From Octopus vulgaris (taxonomy: Eukaryota), in the NCBI GenBank assembly GCA_951406725.2, contig OX597815.1, positions 20,522,001 through 20,586,000 of the forward strand: DNA of 64,000 bases, in the 5' to 3' direction. Within the stretch, counting starts at the first letter, position 1, and each line of letters begins with the position of its first letter. Below are positions 12,559 through 27,300 of the stretch, piece after piece. Below the pieces are notes generated by a model. The model was not told where the DNA came from. It did no database searches and saw only the letters and a program-made list of their open reading frames with translations. The position numbers and the translations under genes were made by a program.

Positions 12559-12777
12559 TGTATGTATGTATGTATGTATGTATGTATGTATGTATGTATG
12601 TATGTATGTATGTATGTATGTATGTATGTATGTATGTGTGTGTGTGTATGTACGTATGTAAATACAGACCTTTATATATAAATACATATATGTGTGTATC
12701 TCTCTCTCTATATATATATACATATACATATACATACGTACATACATACATACATATATATACACACATATACATTT

Positions 12778-12820
<43 letters not shown>

Positions 12821-13664
12821 TATGTATGTATGTATGTATGTATATATACATATTTTTATATATACCTACACACTCGCATACATACAAACGCACGCACATA
12901 TAATATACATGTGAATTAATCATTATGTTTCTGCCTGACTGTCTATTTGTCTGTACTTTTGTATATTTTCATATATGTATGTATATAAGCATATATATGT
13001 ATGTAAGTATATGTATGACTCTCTCTCTCTGTATGTGTGTGTGTGTGTGTGTGTGTATTTCACATAAATTCACTACAGGTTTTACATCTATCGTAGTGGA
13101 ACAAATGTGAACACATTTTGTTATTCTCTTTATATAGAGAAGCGAACGGCTTAAAAACTGTAGTTGAACCACATTAAACTTATCTTAGAGTTTCTAAACA
13201 TGCTGTCTCGAGCATAAATATTTATTAGTTATTTTCATCGTACCTCCAACAAAAACTTGTACGTCAATTAGTCCAGCCATTGCAGCTAAGACGTATGCAA
13301 TTCTGATAGTATTACGTGCTTGTTCTGAATTCTGTGAGGATTAATGCCATAAACTTTAAGAACCAATGAAATAAATTGCACGATATGATAAAATAATCGT
13401 ATGAATGATGGAGATACATTGTATTATCCAGCCTGATATATTGTAGAGATAATGTGACATACTTATAGACCTTGTGATATACGTAACGTATGACTCTAGG
13501 TCTATGATTAAGCAGAATCATGATGAAAGACATTCTAGTGGTAAACTGTCTCATGGAACTATATACTCCACTGTGCTATTGTTTTTCTAAAACGATTGAC
13601 GGAGAGGAAGATTAGGTTGCTTTTTCCTAGCTAGAAGACTCGCAGAGTTCTCGTTGTCTCGTGT

Positions 13665-14167
13665 GTGATATATCGTATTGTACCTACGATATATATAGGC
13701 CATACAAAAAGCAGCTTACGAAAAAGGATGGCGGTGCATAAATCCCAAATTAGAAATCCTGAATACAAGAAAATACCAGTCAGCGGACACATAGATAGAT
13801 GTGCTTCAAATAAAAATCCCCAATTCACAACTTTCCCACTTCACAAATTCAGTGACAGCGTAACCTTCACTCAACGCCAAAATAAAGAACTTTATTTCAT
13901 TAGAAAATTCGGACCAAGTTTGAACACCCTGGGCCAGGAACATTAAAACAATACATTGGTCTTCCGAAAAGAAAAATGGAATTCTACCACTACCACCACG
14001 ATCACTACGACTGCTGCTACTATTACTACTACTACAACCACCATGGTCACTACTACTACTACTACTACTACTACGATCAACAGTCCTCCACTACTGCTGA
14101 CACTGCTACTGCCACAGCTAAGCTGCTACAACCAATGAGCCGCTGCAACCCCAACCACCACCACGGT

Positions 14168-14203
<36 letters not shown>

Positions 14204-14470
14204 GACCAACAGTCACTACTGCTACTGCCATTTCAGCCACTGGTCATTCGGACACATAAGACAGCTAAAAACAACCACGTGGATTCTGTTGAGACCAGTA
14301 AGAAACAATTATGAACTTTTTTATTACACTTAACTTTTTAAAAATATTTTTGATAAGGTTCGTTTTTTCAAGAAGAACCGAAACGTAAAATTTCTAAGAA
14401 AATTAAAATTTATCGTATATAGCGGCGTTTTCAAACTTCTTTTTTATAAATATATACCTACTCCTATACG
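13665..14470 (+). mobile_element. Penelope-like element 3' end: GIY-YIG endonuclease C-terminus plus pseudo-LTR
   Basis: ORF 13665-13946 IYIGHTKSSLRKRMAVHKSQI...HIDRC...RQNKELYFIRKFGPSLN (YIG..T...R...H, E..I, LN motifs); decayed hammerhead at 14346-14391; ends at (TA)n. Confidence 0.88.
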
Positions 14471-14479
14471 ATCTACACT

Positions 14480-14534
<55 letters not shown>

Positions 14535-14649
14535 CATATATATGTAGACAGAATTCAAAATTTATACAAAAAATTATAAAACAAGATGGAATGAACTGGC
14601 TGTAAGTAAAGCCTTTTCATTCCATCTTCTTGTTTTGAAGACGATCCCC

Positions 14650-14680
<31 letters not shown>

Positions 14681-14779
14681 CGTCCATCTCCTAGTAACTC
14701 TCCAAAAGCCTCTCACAAGCAAGTGAGAGGCTTTTGGAAAACCACTGACGATTTTCCTCAAAGAAATGGAGGAGATTAA

Positions 14780-15009
14780 GGCGGCGAGCTGGCAGAAACG
14801 TTAGCACGCCGGGCGAAATGCTTAGCGATATTTCGTCTATCGTTACGTTCTGAGTTCAAATTCCACCGAGGTCAACTTTGCCTTTCATCCTTTCGGGGTC
14901 GATTAAATAAGTACCAGTTACGCACTGGGGTCGATGTAATCGACTTAATCCCTTTGTCTGTCCTTGTTTGTCCCCTCTATGTTTAGCCCCTTGTGGACAA
15001 TAAAGAAAT
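14780..15009 (+). mobile_element. SINE family A, full length with 17-bp TSD
   Basis: TSD AAGAAATGGAGGAGATT at 14761-14777 and 15010-15026. Confidence 0.93.
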
Positions 15010-15852
15010 AAGAAATGGAGGAGATTGAGTTAGAAGCTTGTAGCCTATTCTAAACCAGCATGCTAAAATACTGATGAAAGAAGCCGAAGAAATATAGGGA
15101 GCGTAGCCGGATCGATTCTTTGTACGCCATCAAGCGGTTAAAAATGTTTTTAGTATGATAATATTTTTCAAAATTGTGGTGATATCAAACGATGAGCGTA
15201 TACCGAACGAAACTTTGATAAAACTTTCGAACGAAAAAACAAAAACAAAAACAAAACAAAAACTGATATCTGATGCTACATGCAAAAGAAGAATATGTTA
15301 CTGAGTCATGTTATAAAGCAATCTATGTAATTATTTCATTTCACTTGTTTTGTATCTTAAATAGATGGATCGACAGATATGTCAAACAATGTGATTTTAT
15401 TGCTGTGATGGAGACTAATTATGATGAGAATAACTATTTTGTCGTTTGGAGCTGAACAGACTTAAATACACATATTCGTGCTCGCGGACACATATATGCA
15501 CTCATATATACATATGCACTGATGTAGGTATACAAACATACATGTCAACACAGAAAAGCAAACATAAACTCACAAAGACATATTAAAGCATCTGTAAACT
15601 TTGACACATAAAGGTACACTTTGCCTTTACAAACGAACGGAAAAAAAAAGATACTCAATAGTTGAAGAAGAGCTTATATATTTTAAATCCAAAAGTGAGG
15701 ATTCCATGCGTTATTACTTAAAATTTTGTGGTTTCATTTATTAAACACGTTTTACAGTAACAGACAACTGTAATTTATCAGCAATTAAAAACATTTAATC
15801 ATGAAGCAAGTTTGCGATTGGATAGGGCAAAAATAACAGTATTTGGAAACTA

Positions 15853-16260
15853 ACTCTTTTACTTGGTTCAGTCATTTGAATGCGGCCATGCTGGAGCACC
15901 GCCATAAATCTAGCAAATCGATCCCAAGACTTATTCTTGGTAAGCCTAGTACTTATTCTATCGGTCTCTTTTGCCGAACCGCTAAGTTACGGGGACGTAA
16001 ACACACCAGCATCGGTTTTCAAGCGATGTTGGGGGATAGAGGACAAATACAGACACACAAACACACACACATATATATATATACATATACATATATACGA
16101 CGGGCTTCTTTCAGTTTCCGTCTACCAAATCCACTCACAAGGCTTTGGTAGGCCCGAGTCTATAGTAGTAGACACTTCCCCAAGGTGCCACGCAGTGGAA
16201 CTGAACCCGGAACCATGTGGTTGGTAAGCAAGCTACTTACCACACAGCCACTGATGCGCC
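15853..16260 (-). mobile_element. SINE family B
   Basis: Full-length match to the family B consensus. Confidence 0.9.
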
Positions 16261-16326
16261 TATGAAAATTATTTTTGGACAACATGTATTGTTTAATATT
16301 AAATTATAATAACGGAATAAGAAAAA

Positions 16327-16727
16327 TCTTTATATATAAAAGTGAAGTTGTGTGTCTGTCTCCTACGATTTAGATTCCTAACTACTCCCACATTTTGCGG
16401 TGCAGTTTAACCAAAACCGGGTATCTTATAGTCGTGATTAATATCGAGCCCTTCTGGGTATTAGCGCGCGTCTACGATGAGTCTACGATTTAAAAAAGAA
16501 ATTTACCATCATTTTTTTTCCATTTTAATGAACTTTTTTCGTTATTATATAAGGGAAGTAACTCTCTAAAAATGTCTACGATGAGTCAACGATTTAAAAA
16601 AAAATTACCATCACTTTTTTTTCCATTTTTAATGCATTTTTTGCTATTTTTTTGGCTATAACTCTCTAAAAATGCTTATATAGTTATTTTCCTTACAAAC
16701 CCGAGCAACGCCGGGCGATACTGCTAG
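16327..16727 (+). mobile_element. Non-autonomous Helitron
   Basis: A|TC start, subterminal hairpin CCCGAGCAACGCCGGG (16700-16715), CTAG|T end, no TSD. Confidence 0.88.
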
Positions 16728-17676
16728 TAAATTATAAAAGTAATTTATTCTGATGATGAAAAGTCATGTCTGGCCCACATTTTCTATTCAACTTGGTAAG
16801 AAAATCTGAATTACGAAGTTAAAATTCTCAGACAAAGATAAAAACATTCTTGAAGTAACTTGCATACAAAAATGCAGTTTCAATAACTGGCTAGTTAACT
16901 TTAAAATTTTCAGTCACTAGCCATTCCACTTTGAAATATTTGACCAGTTTATTTTGAGGTCATCAATGAACGCTGTCCAGAAAATTATTTCGAGATATTT
17001 AAAAAATATCTATATGTCACTTGTTATTTTTTTCTACCACGCTTTATGTTTAAATATTATTCAAAATTTGACTAAATAATACGTTTGCTTTTTGCTATAA
17101 ATTCTGTTGTGTGACAAGCGGAAAGGCGAAACACAAAAACTGTAATAAACAACGCATGAACTTTAATTAATCTGAAAACTAACTGTTAGATCAGAGATCT
17201 TCACTGAATGTCGTTACTTTGCCAAATGCCTTGTGATACACTGGAAAAATCATACTACCACTTGATTGAGTGGATCAATAGTTAACAATCACGCACTTTC
17301 TCTATTTCATTCTCAACCGGCTAATAGACACTCCTGATCTCACTATACTTTATGACAATACACTCTTTGATATTTTCAATCTTTTATATTTCCATACATA
17401 AGAACGAATCAATACTTAACAATTTAACAAGAACAATCATGCTATCTCAATATTTTATAACAATACGCTCTTTGATATTTTCAATCCTTTATCTTTCTAT
17501 GCTCATTTCTATACACTTAATCCACTGAAGACACTCCTGATCTTCTTATACTTTATAATAATACAATTTTCATCTTAGCTTCTATACTTACTTAGACAAG
17601 GATGTATGTCCTTCCTTATCTATGTTCTTCGTCTACTTCTGGTTCCCTATATATAACTACCAAAGAAAATAACTCC

Positions 17677-17733
<57 letters not shown>

Positions 17734-17765
17734 CATACATACATACATACATACATACATACATA

Positions 17766-18656
17766 CAAAGGATGTGATGGGTAAATTCTCGCCATTTTAT
17801 ATTTTTATGTTTGTGCATGCGTATTGTTTGTTTTGGATTTTGTCGACTACACAGTATAGTAAGGTCAGTTGGGCACCGTCTGCGAGAAGAACAGCACCAT
17901 GGCGAAATTCACTCTGCCAGATATTTGGAAACGACATGCTGTACTGTTTGGCATTTGCGCTGAAAGCTCTAATACGAACATTTCAGAGTGTTTGGGTGTC
18001 AATCTAAGGACAATGAAATCTGAGGACATGTTCTGAAAATGATAAAAATCAAACATCCAGTCAGCATCATGGTGTTTGGAGTGATCACTCGAGATGGCGA
18101 CGTTATGCCTCCATTCATCTTCTCACATCGCCTCGGACTCAACACGGAGGCCAACATCAGGAGCTTGGAAGAGGTACTGCTGTCCTGGGTCAAGAGGGTG
18201 ACTGCTGGAAGACCCTCTGTCTGGCAACAGGACTCGGCACCATGTCACACAAGCAGGAGCACCCAATCACGGCTGTCAGACAATTTCTGCGACGACATCA
18301 CTTCTAACATTTGGCCCACCTAACTCCCCAATCTGCAACCCCCTTGATTATTATTCATGGGGCGCAGTTAAATCAGAGACCAACAAAACTCCTTGCAACA
18401 TCAAAGATGAACTGAAGGAAAGGATTATGGCAACATTCACCGACTTAAACAAATAGACCGTCCAGAAGAATTACAGGAGATTCCGAAGTCATCTGGAGGC
18501 CGTGGTTGAAAACAATGGGGATTTTATTGAAGAAATTTACTCTTTAGTATTTCAAGATATTTTTTGAAATTTTGGTAAATATATCTGTTAAAATGAGTTG
18601 TAAGTCTTAATTTCATTTTTGCGTAATTTAGACGACAGTTTATTCACCGCACCCTG
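17766..18656 (+). mobile_element. Internally deleted Tc1/mariner element of DD37D (maT) type
   Basis: Imperfect TIRs at 17766-17792 and 18631-18656; transposase relic MVFGVI...WQQDSAPCH...WPPNSP.CNPLDY.WG with 37 residues between the last two Asp after correcting one frameshift. Confidence 0.88.
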
Positions 18657-18873
18657 TTATGTCCATTACATTATGATGTTATATCTGAAAAAATATTTTA
18701 TATCACAGAGTTTCCTACGAATTACTCGAGTTTGTCATCCGATGATTGCTTAAAATCAAGCTGACCATAAAAATTTGAGTTACAATGAACTACCACCGTT
18801 GTAGTATATCCAATCAGCTATAATTACTGAATACTTCAATTTTGTATACGTTAACACCCTAACTTACAACATT

Positions 18874-18948
<75 letters not shown>

Positions 18949-18969
18949 GTCTGTCTGTCTGTCTATCTG

Positions 18970-19024
<55 letters not shown>

Positions 19025-19045
19025 GTCTGTCTGTCTGTCTATCTG

Positions 19046-19092
<47 letters not shown>

Positions 19093-19093
19093 G

Positions 19094-19176
<83 letters not shown>

Positions 19177-19177
19177 G
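18874..19177. repeat. (TCTA)n/(TCTG)n compound microsatellite
   Basis: Read directly from the sequence. Confidence 0.95.
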
Positions 19178-19995
19178 TCAGTTTGTCCGTCTGTTTGTGA
19201 CTGTATATATATATATATACACACATATCGTCTGGTTTTAGGCGTTTATATACATTAAGAGATATCTGCGTTAAGCCCAAAGCATAGATTTAAACACAGT
19301 TATGCAAAGTGTATGTCTGTCTGTATGTAAGAATGTATATATAGGTATATACATACATTGACACACACATATGTAGAAAAATAACATATGATTATGTTGA
19401 TATTCTAAAACTAATTATTATTTTTTAAAAGACACTTCAACAAATTCTGTAGGACAAAGGAAATATAACTAATTCTACTTCCTATCAACTGAAACTATTT
19501 ATAAAGAAAGAATATTGATTCATATGACCACCGTATAGGAATCAAATATAATATTTCACTAACAGAAGATAGAAATCACCAGTCTTACTACAGATAACAT
19601 ACAATGGCAGTTATATTTAGGAAAAATCTCGCCCAGGAATTTTGATTAGAGATTGGTAGTATATTTTCCACTAAATGGACATTTTCTAATCTCTGTTACA
19701 TTTATGATTAATATGCATATGTGGGACTTTTTTTGAGAATAGAAGGAAACTTGATTTCAGTTTTCTATTTATATACAACCAACAATTTATACTCTGTTGA
19801 GTCAGGGTTAGCGAGACTGACACCGAAAGAACATTCAAGAAGAAAATAGTATTTACGTTTGTTATTATATGTCTGTCTGTCTGTCTGTATGTCTGTCTGT
19901 CTGTCTGTCTGTATGTCTGTCTGTCTGTCTGTATGTATGTATGTATGTATTTAGGTATATACACATATACATATTTACACATATATTTACATATA

Positions 19996-20066
<71 letters not shown>

Positions 20067-20237
20067 TTATTTAAGTATCTGTGTGTGAGTATATGCTTGT
20101 GTATATGTATGAATTTGTTTGTGTGTATATGTATGTGTATATATATATATAAATATAAGTATTCAGTTTGAATACCCATTATTATTATTGTTGTTGCTGC
20201 AGTTGTTGTTGTTAACAACAACAACAACAACCACAAC

Positions 20238-20294
<57 letters not shown>

Positions 20295-20910
20295 TCCCCA
20301 CCAGAAATTGCCAAAAACATATAATAAAAAGAAACATAGCAGGTAACTGCAGAATATTTGGAGATGGACAAGAAACAATAAATCATATTATCTCTGACTG
20401 TCCAGTCCTAGCTAAGAAGGAATATATTCAAAGACACGACAGAGTTGGGACCTACATACTGGAAACTATGCCAACACTATAGAATAACAACAGAAAAAGG
20501 TCACAGAAAACGAAAAAGCAACCATACTCTGGGATATGCCAATACACACAAATAGAGAAATTAAGGCCAATAGGCCAGATATAGTTGTCAGAGATCACGA
20601 AGAAAAAAATGCTTTCTAATTGATGTATCAATACCGGCAGATAACAACGTTTCTTTAAAAGAAATGGAGAAACTTTCAAAATACAAAGACCTGGTAATAG
20701 AGGTAACTCGAATGGGAAATCTAAAAACAGAAACAATTCCTATCATAGTAGGCGCATTAGGTATGATAAAAAATTGCACTACTGGGCACCGCAAAGCACT
20801 TTCAATGGAGTAACCATAAGGGCTTCACAGCAAACCACAGCACATACCCAAGGCACACAGAGCGGCGCTCGGTGGTGAAGTGGAAGCAGGCTATAAAAAT
20901 AAAACTACTG
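20295..20910 (+). mobile_element. R4/Dong-clade LINE 3' fragment (zinc knuckle plus restriction-like endonuclease) inside (AAT)n
   Basis: Frameshifted CRIFGDGQETINHIISDC...YIQRHD, ILWDMPIHTNREIKANRPDIVV, FLIDVSIP, EKLSKYKDL, IPIIVGALG; (AAT)n on both sides. Confidence 0.88.
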
Positions 20911-20933
20911 AATAATAATAATAATAATAATAA

Positions 20934-21035
<102 letters not shown>

Positions 21036-21041
21036 TGATAA

Positions 21042-21117
<76 letters not shown>

Positions 21118-21989
21118 GATAATAATAATAATAAAAGAGCATTGTCGATATCACACGTATTGAGAAGAGCATTGTCGATGTTAGAACTGTTGCTGCTCAT
21201 GTATTTTAATTTAACTTAAAAAGAAAAAAAAAAAAAAATGAACGAACTATTGAGTTTGGTTTAATGGCCTACCAATGTATACTATGAGTTTCTTTGCCCT
21301 AGGAGTCGGAAAGACACTCGGCAAGAAATGGAAGCAAATTTGAAAGAAGAAAAAAAAAAAAAATAATAATAATAATGTTTTTGTTGTTGTTGTTGTCTGA
21401 ATCAGAGAACATTTTCCCATTATGTTTCAGAATTACTCTTGCTCAGTGTTTTATGCATTATGCATTCGTTTTAAAAAAATATTTATTTTGTTAAATATTT
21501 CTAATTAGGACTCTTCTTTCTTTACAAATTTTTGCCAATATTTGCTTTTATAATCTTTGTGCAAACTGAAAGGAGTGACAGCATGTTTTCCTAATTAAAT
21601 TTATTTATTTCTGTTAAATATACTCTTCTCTCTATAACTTTTCTAAGTTTACAAACGAATATAAAAATATGATTTTGCATTGGCTACATTCCTTTCGTTA
21701 TCTGTCTCAACTTATTTGACGTAAATGGAAAACGTTAGAACCGCTCTGCTGACGAAATCGCTTGTAGTGTATTTAGTTTCTTTCTTATGGTTTCAAATTC
21801 TGTCGCAGCAGACAATCTTGCATCTCATTTCTGATGACTTGGGTGATGATAAATATAACTGGGTTATTTATTGAGCATAGTTTCGTTCGACTGTACAAAA
21901 TTACTCTAATAAATAACTAAAAATTATGAAAATTATTTGATATTTATGATGTCTTTCTTCGTGCGAAATAATTAATAATTGTTGAGATA

Positions 21990-22670
21990 AAGACTTCGGT
22001 AGTAGAGACAGTGGTAAGATTGAAGTAATACGAAGTTGTGGTTAGAATTTAATGATGGGTAATGCGGTAAGATTGGCGGTAACACTGAGATATCTCGGAA
22101 AATTCGATGTACATTTGTAATAAGTCTATAGTAGGACTGATAAGACTGAAATAACACTTGGTAAGTTTGAGGTAAAACAGCAGCGTTAAAGATTGCGATA
22201 AGACTGAACTAAAACGGAAGTATGACTAGTAATACAATGACAAGACGAGTAAAATTGTGAAAAGATTTAGATAATATTGTACTGCTTGTGTTGTGCTAAG
22301 ACTGAAGTTAGATTAATGTGAGACTAATATTAGTTTGCAGTGAGATTTCGCCAAGACTACATTCAGTATTAGAGACGGGGTGGGGGTAAAACTGAGGAAA
22401 GGAAGGTAGGACTGTAGTTATAGAGCTTGTGATAAAAATGTAGTCTGCAATGTTAGACACTGTAGTAAGATAGTAGTATTATAGATGTTTGCGACTGTAA
22501 TGCTGGAAATTATGGTAAAATATGGTAAGTCAACTGTGATATAGACTGTTTTCAGACTTTAATGCTAAAATCTGATTGTATTATGAATGACAGTAAAATT
22601 ATAGACTGCAGTTAAACTGTAGAGTTAGAAAGGCAGAATAAGATTGTGGCAAGACCACGGTAAAAATAAC
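21990..22670. repeat. Highly degenerate ~12-bp minisatellite (~GGTAAGACTGTA)
   Basis: Dozens of TAAGACTG/TAGACTG/TAAGATTG units at ~12-bp spacing. Confidence 0.65.
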
Positions 22671-24622
22671 AGTTATCGAATTAGACGATTCTCAAATTTT
22701 CACCTTTTTAAATATTATGCAAGGTTTTGATGATAGAGAGCAGTAGAAATAATTATTTAAAGAGAAGAAATTTATATTTAGAGATAATTAATGTAGAGTT
22801 TACACGGTCATTCCATAACTATTTAGTTACTTTGTTCAAACAACACTTTCATTTTAATTACTTGGCAAGTTACAGTATTTGGTTTTGGTTTGCAAGTCAA
22901 TATTGTGTCAGCAATATTATGATGCTTTCACTTTCAAGAACATTTCTACAGATTTCCAGTAGAATTCAGAACCAGCACTGCAAATTACGAAGTAAACGAA
23001 CATACCTATGTAAATAGAAAAACCTAGGTAATGGGTGTATATACATCTTTCAAGAGTTATTGCTCTTTCATCAGCACCACATCCAACCCATTAATTTTTC
23101 ACGATCACATTGTTTAAATACCCACTAAGTTTAGCGGTGTAACACAATTGGGTAGACCAGTTTACATATTAAACACATTCCGGGCAAATCTATAAAGATA
23201 AACTTGAAAGTGAATATAACGTACTACTAATACAAAGTAGCACACAATATTGACTTGTAAACCTATAATACACTTGGTAGTATAATGTGGCTACAAAACG
23301 AAATACTGTGTTTTTGTCAGCACAAGGAAAGCATTTAATATGCAAAATGGTGTATGTGTTACGCTGCTAAACGTATTGAGCAATGTGAACGGGGATAATT
23401 GATGATTTGGATGTGGTAATGATGAAAGAGCACTAATTCTTGAAATATGCATATACACCCATTAAATATTTTTTTAATCTTCGATTCTATTGCTTACATA
23501 GACGTATTCGCTTACGAAACGTAACTAGCAGTGCTGACTCTGAATTCTACAGGAAATCTAAGGAGATAAACTTAAAAGTGAGCACCTTCATTATAGAAGC
23601 TTCAGCTAATAGCTACAGAATTGCTGCATCTACCTTGAAATAAAGTCCTTATATAGATAAATGAAAATGAAAATCCAGCACATTTCATAAAGTGTAATCC
23701 TTGTTAAAATGATTCTTATATATCACAACTTTTCTTCATACTAACTGATATTTCCTATCAAAATAAAGATGTTATTTCAACGCCTCTCTAAATACACGCT
23801 TCAAATAAAATCACTGCTGTTGTCATGCATCTGTAATATTTATGGTGGTGTTTTATTGAATCTGCTATACGACACCGAATTAAAATATTGGCGATATCTC
23901 GCACGAGAAGACTGTACATTAGGTTTTATTCCGCCGGTGAACTCGCTGTCTTACGTTTTAACACTATCTTTCTCAAACTGCTGCTCCAATGAATTTCTCG
24001 CTTGCGCTCCATTGATCATGCATTATTCAGCCAATCAAACTGTCATATGAATAAACTAACATGTCTAGACGTCGGACCATCCACTTAACTTCTTATGTGC
24101 TTACAGCATTTATAGTAAACTGCTCGCATATGCATTTCATTCAGGAGATCGTTGCATGCAATTAGAAATCGTGTGTAGCATTTTGATCTCTTCTATAATT
24201 TACCCTTTCCCTGATTCATGTTCTGTGATAAAAGGAGTTTTCACAAGGGAAAAGTGTATTCAGCATCATGACCTTTACATTCGTATTGTGAGTTGGTGAG
24301 TCTCGAGTGTTTCATTAGTCAATTATAAATAGCAGGGTCGATAAGTATTTTAAGAAGCTCTTAAAGTTTTAAATGCCAAGTTTGTTTATGGTCTCTTATG
24401 AGCTACAAACTTGCTATGTGTTATAATAATAGATTTTTTTTATCACTGCATAAATGTACGTAATTATGTATGTATGCATATATCATGTATGTATGCAGGT
24501 ACGTATGTATGTATACATGTGTGTGTATGCATATACCTGCATATATATTATGTTTTTATCGTTTTAAAGAACTACTAGACTAAAAAGGATTCTGTCTTCT
24601 TCAAACAAATGAGCAGTATCGG

Positions 24623-24771
<149 letters not shown>

Positions 24772-24772
24772 T

Positions 24773-25332
24773 ATGCCCTGATGCAATACCAGGCACTGGC
24801 GCTCATGGCTTCTGATCTTAACTGATTGGAAGTGTTATCATGTACATGTTTTGTCTTGGTATAAAAGGTGGGCTACAGCAAATATTCTGCTCGATACTAC
24901 TGATTTGCTTGCCAGTTGTTTGACCATAACCAGTTGAGCATGTCTCTTGGTGGCTGACGATATGTGCATCTCTGATCACGAGCAGAAGTAGTTGGGGAGC
25001 ATCATTGCTATGTGTTGAGAGGGATTTTTGGGGGGTTTGAGTAATTCACTCCTGGAAACATGGGTGTTTCGTTCAACATCCTTAAACAACCCTTATTCAA
25101 GGACCTTTTGAGCGGAAAGGGCTACTCGACCTGAAGAAAAATTCTAACTGGGTCCCACCTGCAAGATTATGCGCTGTTCATCTTGATACGAGGTCACCAT
25201 ATCGCGTACACATACGGTTGTGATGCATGTGCCTGGTGAACACTTATCAGACGGGTAGTCATGATGGGTATACTGGGTTTCGTATATTTGTACTCCAGTC
25301 TCACTTTGATGGCATGCGAGGTTCTCTCACTC
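24773..25332 (+). mobile_element. ~555-bp (AAT)n-embedded non-autonomous retroposon (family D), copy 1
   Basis: Same start (ATGCCCTGATGCA) and end (CTCTCACTC + AAT array) as 31177-31731. Confidence 0.85.
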
Positions 25333-25359
25333 AAAAATAATAATAATAATAACAATAAC

Positions 25360-25400
<41 letters not shown>

Positions 25401-25637
25401 TAATAATAACAATAATAATATTAATGATGATGATGATGATGATGATGATAGTAATAATTGTTACTTACATGGATATAGGGCCGAGAATTTTGGGAGGAGT
25501 GGTTAACTGATTAAATCGACGTCTTAACTTTTATAATTCATTCTTTAATCGATATGATGCATTGATCAGGCTAGGGCGTGTACTCTAAAACAAAAGACTC
25601 TGACAGGCGCGGTAAGTCGAGGTGCATTTATATATCG

Positions 25638-26081
25638 AAGTCACACTTCAAACTTTGGTACACGGCAGCAGGCGCGGGGAGTCCGATTCCAAATAGAGTT
25701 TTTCAGGTTTTTTCAGAAACCCGTTCGAGAGAAACGATGGAACAGAGTCTGTTGAATTAGGAACTTACCTAGACAGTTTGCCGTGACTTTTTGCCGGAGA
25801 TGCAGATTTGCGAGAAATCATTTTCTGTCGATGAAAAATAACGCACATTTTTTGTGCAGCTCTACGACGAACAAATCGTATATTTTTCATTGACGGAAAA
25901 TGATTTCTCGCAACTCTGCAACTCCGATCAAAAGTCTTGGCAAACTGTCTAGGTAAGTACCTAATTCAACAGACTCTGTTCCATCGTTTCTCTCGAACGG
26001 GTTTCTGAAAACCTGAAAAACTCTATTTGGAATCGGACTTCCCGCGCCTGCTGCCGTCTACCAAAGATTGAAGTGTGACTT
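25638..26081. mobile_element. Fold-back MITE with ~200-bp inverted arms
   Basis: AAGTCACACTTCAA...TTGAAGTGTGACTT; arms 25638-~25842 and ~25879-26081 are near-complementary; superfamily unclear. Confidence 0.85.
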
Positions 26082-26128
26082 ATAATATCTATCTATCTAT
26101 TTATCTCTCTGCATGCATACGTACATAC

Positions 26129-26289
<161 letters not shown>

Positions 26290-26692
26290 ATATGCAAACA
26301 TTCATACATACATACATGCATATATATATATATATATATATATATGCGTGTTTGTGCGAGTGCGCGTTTATGTGTGAGTGTACTTGTATGTATGCATGTA
26401 TATTATATGTGTATGTATAATAAATGTATATATATGTTTGTATATGCGTACATACGTGTATACAAATACATACATACATACATAAATACATGCATACATA
26501 CATATACGTGCACGAATGAATGCATATACAGTGTTTATCAATAACTGTGTATATATATACATGTATGTGTGTGTGTGTGTGTGTGTTTGCGTGTAAAGTC
26601 ACTTGTCACTGCGCATGTATCAGTGCACACATGTGCGTGCTTGTATATGTCTGAGTGTGTGTGCGTGTGTGTGCGTGTGCGAGTGTGCGTGC

Positions 26693-26745
<53 letters not shown>

Positions 26746-27111
26746 TGTGTGTGCGCGACAGATCTCTTCTGGTTACGGCAATTGATCAAAATTATGATAA
26801 CAATTTTGAAAGCACAACTTTAATCATTGAAGTCGCTTGCAGTGTTGTTTTATTTCTCAAGAGTGTTGCCACCCTCATTACGACTATTATATAGCTGTCT
26901 GAAAATATTCAAATCGCAAATTTTAATTTAATTTTACTTAATTGGAACGATTTCTACCATTATGAAACACCTGCAGAAATTGCCAACTGATATCTTATTG
27001 ATATTTTCATATTTGTATATATTATTGTTAACAGATCGATGTGTCTATTTATGTGTCTGCAAAGTTTCTGTTGTTTGCACAATGATCGAGACAGGAGTAC
27101 GTGTGCGTGTA

Positions 27112-27196
<85 letters not shown>

Positions 27197-27251
27197 TTAT
27201 CTATCTATCTATCAATCTATACGTGTATGTATGCATATACACATATATGTA

Positions 27252-27297
<46 letters not shown>

Positions 27298-27300
27298 CAC

